Source of the DNA: Longimicrobiales bacterium
Lineage (GTDB): Bacteria; Gemmatimonadota; Gemmatimonadetes; Longimicrobiales; Gaopeijiaceae
Direction of reading: 5' to 3'
Assembly: GCA_041690395.1 (NCBI GenBank)
Contig: JAWLHJ010000005.1
Location: forward strand, 512,001 to 576,000
Length of the DNA stretch: 64,000 nucleotides
Part shown: one piece after another, positions 47,218 to 55,635 of the stretch
Layout: the number at the start of each line of letters is the position of its first letter
Position numbering within the stretch: the stretch's first letter is position 1
Notes under the pieces: generated by a model
Databases searched by the model: none
Told to the model about the DNA's origin: nothing
What the model saw: the letters and a program-made list of their open reading frames with translations, nothing else
Position numbers and translations under genes: made by a program

Positions 47218-48912
47218 GTGACTTCCGACCGCTCTCCGGCGCGCGCGCTCCCGGGCGAGAAGCATCCGGCCCTGCTCGGAACCCCCGATCTGCCGCGCTT
47301 CGACACGGACGAGATCGAGCGGACCGCCGGCTCCGAGACCATCCTCGGGAACCGTCTCCAGATCCAGTTCGAGGGATCGAGCACGTTCGCCGGATGGCTC
47401 GAAGCCATCGCCGGGGCGCAGCGCTTCGTGTACTTCGAGAACTACGTCATCCGGAACGACGAGATCGGCTTCCAGTTCCGGGACGCGCTCATCGCGAAGG
47501 CGCGGGAAGGGGTCACGGTCTGCGTGGTCTACGACTGGCTCGGCTGCTGGGCGACGCCGCGGTCGTTCTGGCGTCCGCTCGTGGCCGCGGGGGTGCGCGT
47601 TCACCCGTTCAACCGGCCGTCGATCGGGCTCGGCGATCCGTTCGGGGTCCTGCAGCGGGACCACCGGAAGCTGATCTGCGTGGACGGGGAGGTGGCGTTC
47701 GTCGGTGGGTTCTGCATCGGGGTCGAATGGGCGGGGACCGAGCACGAGGCGCCATGGCGTGATACCGGACTCGAGATCCGCGGGCCGGCGGCGCTCGAGG
47801 CGGCGGTGGCGTTCGAACGGCACTGGTCCGCCATCGAGGAGCCGCTCCATCTGGCGAGCACGCTCCCGAAGGTGGAGGATGTCGGTGACACGCCGGTCTG
47901 GCTCATCCAGGGCGAGCCGGGGCGGGCACGGGTGTACCGGACCCTCCATTACGCAGCGGTCCGCGCCCGACGCCGCATCTGGATCACCGACGCCTATTTC
48001 GTCGCGCCCCGCGCGGTGTCGGAGGCCCTGGGCGCCGCCGCCCGCGACGGCGTCGACGTGCGCATACTGGTTCCGGCCCACAACAACTGGCCGTGGGTGG
48101 GCAGCATCTCCCGCGGTGGATACCGCGGTCTGCTCGAAAGCGGCGTGCGGATCTTCGAGTGGCAGGGCCCCATGATCCACGCCAAAACGTCGGTCGTGGA
48201 CGGTGTCTGGTGCCGGGTCGGCTCGAGCAATCTGAACGGCGCGAGCCTCATGGGGAACTGGGAGCTGGACGTAGGCGTTCTGGATCGGGGCGTGGCCGGT
48301 CAGCTCGAGGGGCTCTTCATGGCCGACCTGGCGTCGTCGGTGGAGATCGTGTTGCCGAACCGGGTCCGGACGAGGCTCCGGAGCGAGGCCGGACGTGAGC
48401 CACGGCAGGAGTCCATCGAGCCGAGCGGCTCGCTCCCGGAGCGGTTGGAACAGCAGCTCCGCACGCTCGGGCACGGGCCGGGACGGCTGAGCCTGGCGTC
48501 CGTGGTCCGCGCCGGCTTCGTGCTGGGGGATGCGCTGGCCGGGAACCGGACGCTCGGGCGTGAGGACCGGACGGTCCTGGGGACCGTCTCTGTCGTCATC
48601 CTGGTGCTGGCGGGCGTGGCCGCGTTCGCGCCGACGGTCGTCGGCTGGACGCTCGCCGCGGTGTTCGGGTGGTTCGGCGTCACCACCGGGATCCGGGCGT
48701 TCATACAGGCACGGCGGGCCCGGAGGGAGGAGCACCGGGCGCGGGAGGATCTGCGGGCGTCGGAGCGGGAGCTGAAGCGGGAGCGGGAGTTGGAGTCCGA
48801 GCGGGACCTGGAGTCGGAGCGGGACCCGGAGTCGGAGCGGGAATCAGAGCGGGAGTCCGGGCGAAAGCCCGGGACCACTGAATCACAGCACGAGGAGCAG
48901 ACTGGTGAATGA
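47218..48912 (+). CDS. cls: Cardiolipin synthase-like phospholipase D with C-terminal TM helices
   Basis: Two HKD motifs (HRKLICVD, HAKTSVVD), YDWLGC, DAYFV, GSSNL. Confidence 0.82.
   Translation: MTSDRSPARALPGEKHPALLGTPDLPRFDTDEIERTAGSETILGNRLQIQFEGSSTFAGWLEAIAGAQRFVYFENYVIRNDEIGFQFRDALIAKAREGVTVCVVYDWLGCWATPRSFWRPLVAAGVRVHPFNRPSIGLGDPFGVLQRDHRKLICVDGEVAFVGGFCIGVEWAGTEHEAPWRDTGLEIRGPAALEAAVAFERHWSAIEEPLHLASTLPKVEDVGDTPVWLIQGEPGRARVYRTLHYAAVRARRRIWITDAYFVAPRAVSEALGAAARDGVDVRILVPAHNNWPWVGSISRGGYRGLLESGVRIFEWQGPMIHAKTSVVDGVWCRVGSSNLNGASLMGNWELDVGVLDRGVAGQLEGLFMADLASSVEIVLPNRVRTRLRSEAGREPRQESIEPSGSLPERLEQQLRTLGHGPGRLSLASVVRAGFVLGDALAGNRTLGREDRTVLGTVSVVILVLAGVAAFAPTVVGWTLAAVFGWFGVTTGIRAFIQARRARREEHRAREDLRASERELKRERELESERDLESERDPESERESERESGRKPGTTESQHEEQTGE
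48763..48858 (+). repeat. 18-bp coding tandem repeat (ERELES/ERDLES-like)
   Basis: GAGCGGGA-initiated units at 48763, 48781, 48799 and 48817, then 12-bp units at 48835 and 48847. Confidence 0.85.
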
Positions 48913-49636
48913 AGTCGAAGTTGGGATCGCGATCGCCTTCACGGCCGGTGTGCTCTCGTTCCTGTCCCCGTGCGTGCTGCCACTCGTGCCGAGCTACCTC
49001 ACGTTCGTGACCGGCATGAGCCTGGAGGACCTCCAGGCCGGAGTGAACCGCAAGGCCACGATGATCCACTCGCTGCTCTTCGTGTTCGGGTTCAGCCTGA
49101 TCTTCGTGCTGCTCGGCGCGTCGGCCTCCTTCCTCGGTCAGTTCTTCCGCCAGTACGAGCTGTGGATCGCGCGCGTCGGTGGACTGATCATCATCGTGCT
49201 GGGGCTCCACATGGCGGGCGTCTTCCGCATCGCGCCGCTGATGCGCGAGAGGCGGGTGCACCTGAACGACAAGCCGGTCGGCTACCTCGGCACGCTGGGC
49301 GTCGGCATGGCGTTCGGGGCTGGCTGGACGCCCTGCATCGGCCCGATCCTCGGCGCGATCCTCACCTACGGCTTCACCCAGGACACCATGTGGGCCGGCG
49401 TTGGCCTGCTGAGCGTGTACTCCCTCGGGCTCGCCGTTCCCTTTCTGCTCGCCTCCCTCGCCCTCGACCAGTTCCTGCAGACGTTCAAGCGCTTCCGCCG
49501 CTGGATCCCGGTGGTGGAAAAAGGGGCCGGCGTGCTGCTGATCATCCTGGGCGTGCTGCTGCTGACGGGTCAGTTCACGGTGTTGAGCGGATACCTGACA
49601 CGGTTCACGCCGGGGTTCATTCTGGAGCGGATCTAA
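48905..49636 (+). CDS. ccdA: Cytochrome c biogenesis protein CcdA
   Basis: AGVLSFLSPCVLPLVPSY and FGAGWTPCIGPILG motifs; six TM segments. Confidence 0.92.
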   Translation: MNEVEVGIAIAFTAGVLSFLSPCVLPLVPSYLTFVTGMSLEDLQAGVNRKATMIHSLLFVFGFSLIFVLLGASASFLGQFFRQYELWIARVGGLIIIVLGLHMAGVFRIAPLMRERRVHLNDKPVGYLGTLGVGMAFGAGWTPCIGPILGAILTYGFTQDTMWAGVGLLSVYSLGLAVPFLLASLALDQFLQTFKRFRRWIPVVEKGAGVLLIILGVLLLTGQFTVLSGYLTRFTPGFILERI

Positions 49637-49656
49637 CAGAGGGCGCGCGCCCGATC

Positions 49657-49837
49657 GCGAGGAAAACTGCACAATCGTGCGGTCGAAGATCGCGGTCGTG
49701 TGACTTTGCCCCGCTGAGCGAGGAGAACGGCACAGGGGGCCGAGTAAGGTCGCGCCCCGTGTGCGATTTGCCCCGGTATGCGGGGAGAACCAACACACTA
49801 GTGCCTTGGATCCTCGAGGGTGTGCGGTTTTCCCCGC
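49657..49837. repeat. Array of six alternating-orientation 17-18 bp repeats with ~61-bp period (REP/REPIN-like)
   Basis: Forward copies GCGAGGAAAACTGCACA (49657), GCGAGGAGAACGGCACA (49718), GCGGGGAGAACCAACACA (49780). Reverse copies GTGTGACTTTGCCCCGC (49698), GTGTGCGATTTGCCCCGG (49759), GTGTGCGGTTTTCCCCGC (49820). Confidence 0.75.
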
Positions 49838-49874
49838 CCGCCCACGCCCGCCGGCCCGCTAGTCGGTGGGATCC

Positions 49875-50036
49875 ATGACCATCGGGATGCATCGACACTT
49901 CGGAGTAACCGTCCACAAGGCAGTGCGTCCCGATGGTAGTGTGTTTACCAGGGGCGCCAGCTTCAACACTGATGTCGCCCTGCCCCTTCCGGGCGGAGCC
50001 TTCACGATAGACACACCTCTCAACCCACGTCGATGA
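49875..50036 (+). CDS. Possible 53-aa ORF or gene remnant
   Basis: MTIGMHRHFGVTVHKAVRPDGSVFTRGASFNTDVALPLPGGAFTIDTPLNPRR; its TGA overlaps the next ATG (ATGA); below the ORF-track cutoff. Confidence 0.35.
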   Translation: MTIGMHRHFGVTVHKAVRPDGSVFTRGASFNTDVALPLPGGAFTIDTPLNPRR

Positions 50037-50278
50037 CGATTCAGGAGTTCATTACCGGAGCCGCCGTCGTGGAGGGGATTCTTATGGCGAGCCTTGATTT
50101 GCGGCTTCGGAGACACCTCCGGGCAGGTATCCGCGAAGACCAGCTTGGTCCTGTCCCATTGTACTGGCAGGAGCCCGACTTCTTCACCGCGACAGGCGAT
50201 CGGTACCGACGGGCCCTCGTGGTGCTGACCTGGCTCATGTTGGGCACGGTCTTGAGCCTTGCCTTCACGATGGTGTGA
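50033..50278 (+). CDS. Small two-TM membrane protein
   Basis: 81 aa with hydrophobic N- and C-termini; codon usage less GC-biased than the flanking genes. Confidence 0.55.
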   Translation: MTIQEFITGAAVVEGILMASLDLRLRRHLRAGIREDQLGPVPLYWQEPDFFTATGDRYRRALVVLTWLMLGTVLSLAFTMV

Positions 50279-50284
50279 GTGTCG

Positions 50285-50458
50285 TGGCAGTCGGTCGCGA
50301 ACTTCGTCCCACGAAACGAACTCGGGGGGCGACATGGCCAGCCTCCGCTCGAGCTCATCGACGTGCCATTCGCGAATCGGCACATCGCCTGAGCTAGCCG
50401 CCATCAAATCCCAGGCCTCTCCAAAGAGCGCGATTCGCTCCTCAGGTGGGCGGCCCAT
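50285..50458 (-). pseudogene. Degenerate putative addiction-module component (TIGR02574-like)
   Basis: PEERIALFGEAWD...PIREWHVDELERRLA...VSWDEVRDRL matches the family pattern; no stop follows the domain and no RelE/ParE partner is seen. Confidence 0.55.
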
Positions 50459-50501
50459 GGACCTATCGTGTTGACCCGAGCGTAGAGCATACGTTGGAGG
50501 T

Positions 50502-50765
50502 GTGACCAGCTACAAGAAGACACTCGCCAAGGTCCTCCGGGGTAGCTCGGATGCCAACATCAGGTTCGTCGACCTGAGAACGCTGCTCGCGGCCCTGGGC
50601 TTTGAGGAGCGGATCAAGGGCGGTCACCATATCTTCAGTCTCGAAGGACGCGAGGCCGCGCTGAACCTCCAGCCCAGGGGCTCGAGAGCCAAGGCGTATC
50701 AGGTGAAGCAGGTCCGACGGATCATCATTGAGCACGGGCTGGCCAACGATGAAGAAGACGACTAA
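50502..50765 (+). CDS. hicA: HicA family toxin
   Basis: NIRFVDL..LL..LGF..RIKGGHHIF...NLQP...KAYQVKQVR pattern. Confidence 0.88.
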   Translation: MTSYKKTLAKVLRGSSDANIRFVDLRTLLAALGFEERIKGGHHIFSLEGREAALNLQPRGSRAKAYQVKQVRRIIIEHGLANDEEDD

Positions 50766-50976
50766 GCACCGCTACGAGATCGTCCTCTATTGGAGTGACG
50801 AGGACCAGGCATACATCGCCGAGGTCCCCGAGCTCGAGTGGTGTGCCGCCGACGGCGAGACCTATCAGGAGGCAATCGCGAACGTCGAGGTCGTCATCGA
50901 TCAGTGGATCGAGACCGCCAGGGAGAAGGGCTGGAAGATCCCCGAGCCCAAGGCTCGCCGCCGGGTGTACGCCTGA
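50749..50976 (+). CDS. hicB: HicB family antitoxin (short form)
   Basis: YEIVLYWSDEDQAYIAEVPEL..C.ADGETYQEA...IPEP; overlaps hicA. Confidence 0.88.
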   Translation: MKKTTKHRYEIVLYWSDEDQAYIAEVPELEWCAADGETYQEAIANVEVVIDQWIETAREKGWKIPEPKARRRVYA

Positions 50977-50997
50977 GCGCCGGCGTCCGCCACCGTC

Positions 50998-52767
50998 TTA
51001 CGAAGCCGCCCCCGCCAGATCCTCCGACTCCAGGTCCTCCTCCAGCATCTGGCGGCGTAACAGCCGCGCGTAGGTGCCGCCCCCGCCGATGAGCTCGGCG
51101 TGCCGCCCCCGCTCCACGATCCGTCCGTCCTCGAGCACCAGGATCAGGTCGGCGTGCATGACCGCCGAGACCCGGTGGCTGATGATGAACGTGGTGTGCG
51201 TGGCCGTGACCGAGCGGAGGTCGGCGAGGATCTTCGCCTCGGTGTGCGTGTCGACGGCGCTCAGGGCGTCGTCCAGCAGGAGGATCTTCGGATCGCGGGC
51301 CAGCGCGCGGGCGAGGGCGGCCCGCTGCTTCTGCCCCCCGGACAGGTTGATGCCGCGCTCCCCGAGGGGGGTCTGGTAGCCGCGCGGAAAATCACGGACC
51401 TGCTCGTCGAGCTGGGCAACCCGCGCGGCCTCCTCGACCACCTCCGGATCGGGGTCGCCCTCCAACCCCAGCGCGATGTTCGCGGCGATGGTGTCGCTGA
51501 ACAGGAAGGCGTCCTGGGGCACCATGCCGATGAGCCCGCGCAGGCCGGCGGGGTCGAGGTCGGGCAGGGGCACCCCGTCGAGGAGCACCCGCCCCTCGGT
51601 CGGGTCGTAGAGCCGCGGGATCAGCGAGACCAGGGTGCTCTTCCCCGACCCGGTGGGCCCGACGACGGCGACGGTGGCGCCGGCGGGCGCCGTGAAGTCG
51701 ATGTCGTGGAGCACGGGCCTCGTCGTGCCCGGGTACGCGAACGACACGCCCTCGAAACGGATCTCACCCCTGGGCTCCTCGAGCCGCACCGGGTTCGGCG
51801 GAGTCGACACGGCGGGCTCCGTGTTCAGGATCTTGTTGATCCGCCCCATGGAGGCCGAGCCCCGCTGGTACAGGTTCACCACCCAGCCGAGGGCGATCAT
51901 CGGCCACACCAGCAGCGTCAGGTAGAACGTGAACGCGACGAAGTCGCCCACGGTGATCCGCCCCGCGATGACCTCGAGCCCGCCGAGCCAGGTCACGAGC
52001 ACCATCGAGATCCCGGCGATGAGCATGAGGAGCGGTCGGAACGCGCCGGTCGAGATGACCAGCTTCATGTTCCGCTCGCGGTAGTCCTCGTTGAACGCGT
52101 CGAAGCGTCGAGCTTGGTCGGTCTCCTGGCCATAGGCCCGTACGATGCGCACGCCCGTGAGGTTCTCCTGCACGAACGTCGACAGCGCCGAGAACTGCTC
52201 CTGGATCCGCTCGAAGCGCTCGTGGATGATGTGGCCGAACTTGATCATGATCGGCGGGAGCGCGAGCAGCGGGAGCACGGCGTACATCGTGAGTCGCGGG
52301 CTCATCCAGAGCATGAGGCTCAGCGTGAGCGTGAACGTGACCGTGGTGTTCACCGTGTACATCACGGCGGGGCCCACGGCCATCCGTACCGCGAGGGTGT
52401 CGTTGGTCGCGTGGCTCATCAGGTCTCCGGTCCGCACGCGGCCGTAGAACGCTGGGTCGAGCCGGAGGAGGTGCCGGAAGAAGTCGTCGCGGATGTCGGC
52501 CTCCATGCGGCGGCTGATCCCGTTCAGCAGCTCGCGCATGCCGTACCGGAAGACCCCGCCCACGAACGCGACCAGCACGATGAGCCCCGCGAGCCCGGCG
52601 ATGCGCGACCGGGTCACCTCGGGGTCGCCGATCCCGTCGATGGCCAGCTTCAGCAGCCACGGGCCCGCGACCTGGAAGACGTTGGCGAACAGGACGCAGA
52701 CGAGCCCGAGCGTGAAGCCCTTCAGGTAGGGCCGGAAGTACGGGAGGACGGTGCGGAGCTCACCCAC
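50998..52767 (-). CDS. ABC exporter, fused permease/ATPase (MdlA-like)
   Basis: Six-TM domain, Walker A GPTGSGKST, signature LSGGQKQR, LLLDDALSAVD. Confidence 0.92.
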   Translation of the reverse strand: MGELRTVLPYFRPYLKGFTLGLVCVLFANVFQVAGPWLLKLAIDGIGDPEVTRSRIAGLAGLIVLVAFVGGVFRYGMRELLNGISRRMEADIRDDFFRHLLRLDPAFYGRVRTGDLMSHATNDTLAVRMAVGPAVMYTVNTTVTFTLTLSLMLWMSPRLTMYAVLPLLALPPIMIKFGHIIHERFERIQEQFSALSTFVQENLTGVRIVRAYGQETDQARRFDAFNEDYRERNMKLVISTGAFRPLLMLIAGISMVLVTWLGGLEVIAGRITVGDFVAFTFYLTLLVWPMIALGWVVNLYQRGSASMGRINKILNTEPAVSTPPNPVRLEEPRGEIRFEGVSFAYPGTTRPVLHDIDFTAPAGATVAVVGPTGSGKSTLVSLIPRLYDPTEGRVLLDGVPLPDLDPAGLRGLIGMVPQDAFLFSDTIAANIALGLEGDPDPEVVEEAARVAQLDEQVRDFPRGYQTPLGERGINLSGGQKQRAALARALARDPKILLLDDALSAVDTHTEAKILADLRSVTATHTTFIISHRVSAVMHADLILVLEDGRIVERGRHAELIGGGGTYARLLRRQMLEEDLESEDLAGAAS

Positions 52768-52809
52768 CGGGCGCTCCTCCGTCGCGGGCGGGTCGGTCGC
52801 GTCCGGTCA

Positions 52810-54582
52810 TCAGTACCCGAGCGCCGTGCCGCCCCGCCTGGGGTCCGACCACCCCGTCATCCGGCCGTCCTCGATGACGATCATCTGGACGTCGCCCGAG
52901 ACCCCGGAGCGCTCGGTGACGGTGTGCCCGAGCGCCTCGAGGGCCGCCACCACGTTCGGCCGGAGGCCGCCGCGCTCGTACTGGATCTGGTCCGGGAGGT
53001 GCTGGTGGTGGATCCGCGGCGCATGCACCGCGTCGACCACGCCCATGCCGAAGTCGACCACGTTCGAGATCGTCTGGAAGACGGTCGTGATGATCGTCGA
53101 CCCTCCGGGTGTGCCCGTCACGATCCGGAGCTCGCCCGCGGGGTCGAGCACGATCGTGGGCGTCATCGCGGACAGCATGCGCTTCCCCGGTGCGATGGCG
53201 TTGGCCTCGCCCTGGACCAGCCCGAACTGGTTCGGGACGCCCGGCTTCGAGGTGAAGTCGTCCATCTCGTTGTTGAGCACGAAGCCGGCCCCGGTCACGG
53301 TGACCTTACTCCCGTACCAGGAGTTGATGGTCGTCGTGATCGCGACCGCGTTCCCCTCGGCGTCGACGATGGAGAAGTGCGTCGTGTTCTCGCCCTCGTC
53401 CCAGGCCCCGAGACCCGGCTCGACGTCGGTGGACGGTGTCGCGGCGTCGAGGGAGATGGTCGATGCGCGCTCCCGTCCGTATTCCGCGGACGTCATGCGC
53501 TCGAGTGGCTGGTCCACGTAGTCCGGATCGGCCAGGTAGTGGTTCCGGTCCGCGTATGCGCGCCGCCACGCCTCGGCGTACAGATGGAGCGTCTCCGGGG
53601 CGAACCGGTCGTGGGCCGCGAGGTCGTACACCTCGAGGATGTTGGCGATCTCCGCCATCGTCGCGCCCCCGGACGAGGAGGGAGGCATGGAGAGGACGGT
53701 GTGGTCCCGGTAGCGGAAGGTGATGGGGTCGCGCCAAGCCGGCTCGTACGCCTGGAGGTCGTCGTGCGTGATGATCCCTCCGCCGCGCTCCATCTCGGCG
53801 ACGATCAGGTCGGCGGTCTCGCCGAGGTAGAACCCGTCGGCGCCCTGGTCCCGGATGCGCTCGAGCGTCCGGGCCAGATCCGGCTGGCGGAGCGTGTCGC
53901 CCACGAGGGGCGGCTGGCCGTCGCGCGGCAGGAACTGCGCGGCCGACGCCGCGAACGCCGACAGGCTTTCGACCATCTCCGGCGAGAGCGAGCCCAGGAA
54001 GCGCTCCCGCACCTCGAAGCCCTCGGCGAGCTGGACGGCCGGCGCCACGAGGTCGGCCCACGGGAGCGTGCCGTACCGCTCGTGCGCGGCCCACATGCCG
54101 GCCACGGAGCCTGGGACCCCGGACGCCAGGTGCCCCACGACCGAGCGGTCGGTGACGTTCCCCTCCTCGTCGAGGTACATGTCCCGCGTCGCCGCGAGCG
54201 GCGCCTTCTCACGGAAGTCGAGCGCGGCCGCCTCGCCGTCGCCGGTGCGGAGGACCATGAAGCCGCCGCCGCCGATGTTGCCCGCCTCGGGGTTCACCAC
54301 CGCGAGCGCGAACTGGACGGCCACGGCCGCGTCGACCGCGTTTCCGCCCCTGCGCAGAACGTCCAGGCCCACGTGGCTCGCGAGCTCGTCCGTGGTCACG
54401 ACCATACCGCTGTCCGCGACGACCGGCTCCCCGCCGACGTACGTCCAGTTCTCCGGGAAGCGGTCGGTGCTCGGCTCGGCGCAGGCGAGCGCTCCCAACA
54501 CGAGCGCGCCCGTCATGGCGAGCAGGGCGGGGCGAGCGGTCGGTCGGGCCGGGCGGCGCGTTTCGTGCTGGGGCATGGTCAT
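52810..54582 (-). CDS. ggt: Gamma-glutamyltransferase (lipoprotein)
   Basis: GGNAVDAAVA, GNIGGGGF, DFREKAP, NTTHFS autocleavage site, LNNEMDDF, SAMTP, GTPGGS, SDPR. Confidence 0.95.
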   Translation of the reverse strand: MTMPQHETRRPARPTARPALLAMTGALVLGALACAEPSTDRFPENWTYVGGEPVVADSGMVVTTDELASHVGLDVLRRGGNAVDAAVAVQFALAVVNPEAGNIGGGGFMVLRTGDGEAAALDFREKAPLAATRDMYLDEEGNVTDRSVVGHLASGVPGSVAGMWAAHERYGTLPWADLVAPAVQLAEGFEVRERFLGSLSPEMVESLSAFAASAAQFLPRDGQPPLVGDTLRQPDLARTLERIRDQGADGFYLGETADLIVAEMERGGGIITHDDLQAYEPAWRDPITFRYRDHTVLSMPPSSSGGATMAEIANILEVYDLAAHDRFAPETLHLYAEAWRRAYADRNHYLADPDYVDQPLERMTSAEYGRERASTISLDAATPSTDVEPGLGAWDEGENTTHFSIVDAEGNAVAITTTINSWYGSKVTVTGAGFVLNNEMDDFTSKPGVPNQFGLVQGEANAIAPGKRMLSAMTPTIVLDPAGELRIVTGTPGGSTIITTVFQTISNVVDFGMGVVDAVHAPRIHHQHLPDQIQYERGGLRPNVVAALEALGHTVTERSGVSGDVQMIVIEDGRMTGWSDPRRGGTALGY

Positions 54583-54732
54583 GGGCCGGGCTTCTGGTGG
54601 AGCGGAGGTGTCGGAACGAAGTGGACGCCCCATGGAGGCGTACACTAGTGTAGTGCGACGACACACCCGTGCGGCGACAGGCCCCACGAGCTTCTCCGGA
54701 AGATCAGCCATGCCGAGGAGACGTACAAGCCG

Positions 54733-55635
54733 ATGCTGGACTCACGTCTGACCGAGCAGCGGAACGAGCGGTCCGAGCGGATCGACGAGCTCGACCCGCT
54801 GGAGCTCGTCGAGCTGATCAACGCCGAGGACCGCCGGGTCCCGGAAGCCGTATGGGAAGTCCGCCACGAGGTCGCGCGCGCCCTGGAGCTCGCGGAGACC
54901 GCCTTCCGCGCGGGCGGACGGCTGATCTACGTCGGCGCCGGAACGTCCGGGCGGCTCGGGGTGCTCGACGCCGCGGAGATGCCCCCGACGTACGGCACCG
55001 ACCCGGAGATGGTCCGGGGGGTGATCGCCGGTGGGTACGAGGCGCTGGTCCGGGCCCAGGAGGGCGCCGAGGACCACCCCGAAGACGGGGCCCGCGCCAT
55101 GGACGAGGCCGGGGTCGGCCCCGAGGACTTCGTGCTGGGGATCGCCACGTCCGGCACGACCCCGTATGTACACGGCGCCCTGGAGCGTGCCCGGGAGCTC
55201 GGCGCGCGCACCGGCTTCCTTCTCTGTACGCCCCCGAACGACGAGCTGATCGCCGCCCACGACGTGGTGATCGCGCCGCTGGTCGGCCCCGAGGTGGTGA
55301 CCGGCTCCACCCGCATGAAGGCGGGCACGGCCACCAAGCTGGTGCTCAACACCATCACGACCGGGGCGATGGTGCGGCTAGGCAAGGTGCACGGGAACCT
55401 CATGGTCGATCTCCAGGTGACCTGCGAGAAGCTGCAGGACCGCGCCGAGCGGATCCTCGTGGCGCTCGTGGACACCGACCGCGAGCGGGCCCGGGCGCTC
55501 CTGGCCGAGGCCGACGGGCAGTTGAAGACCGCGCTCGTCATGGGGCGCCTCGGCATCGGAGCCGCCGCCGCCAGGGAGCGGATCGACGCCCACGGGGGCG
55601 TGGTGTCACGGGCCCTCGAGTCCCCCTCCGGATGA
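54733..55635 (+). CDS. murQ: N-acetylmuramic acid 6-phosphate etherase
   Basis: TEQRN, YVGAGTSGRLGVLDAAE, GPEVVTGSTRMKAGTATKLVLN and NLMVD motifs. Confidence 0.95.
   Translation: MLDSRLTEQRNERSERIDELDPLELVELINAEDRRVPEAVWEVRHEVARALELAETAFRAGGRLIYVGAGTSGRLGVLDAAEMPPTYGTDPEMVRGVIAGGYEALVRAQEGAEDHPEDGARAMDEAGVGPEDFVLGIATSGTTPYVHGALERARELGARTGFLLCTPPNDELIAAHDVVIAPLVGPEVVTGSTRMKAGTATKLVLNTITTGAMVRLGKVHGNLMVDLQVTCEKLQDRAERILVALVDTDRERARALLAEADGQLKTALVMGRLGIGAAAARERIDAHGGVVSRALESPSG

Noticed and set aside
49657..49837. Bona fide CRISPR array
   Set aside because: Only two full palindromic units, divergent copies, 22-24 nt spacers and no cas genes or leader; kept as a repeat of unknown type.
49859..50458. 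Intact 199-aa minus-strand protein
   Set aside because: Only the first ~58 aa look like a real domain; the rest is read-through antisense to the small plus-strand ORFs.
51100..54648. 1182-aa plus-strand ORF, and similar long ORFs at 9834-12308, 13924-16083, 18760-21027 and 61306-63444
   Set aside because: Antisense or off-frame shadows of well-supported genes in high-GC DNA; no recognisable motifs.
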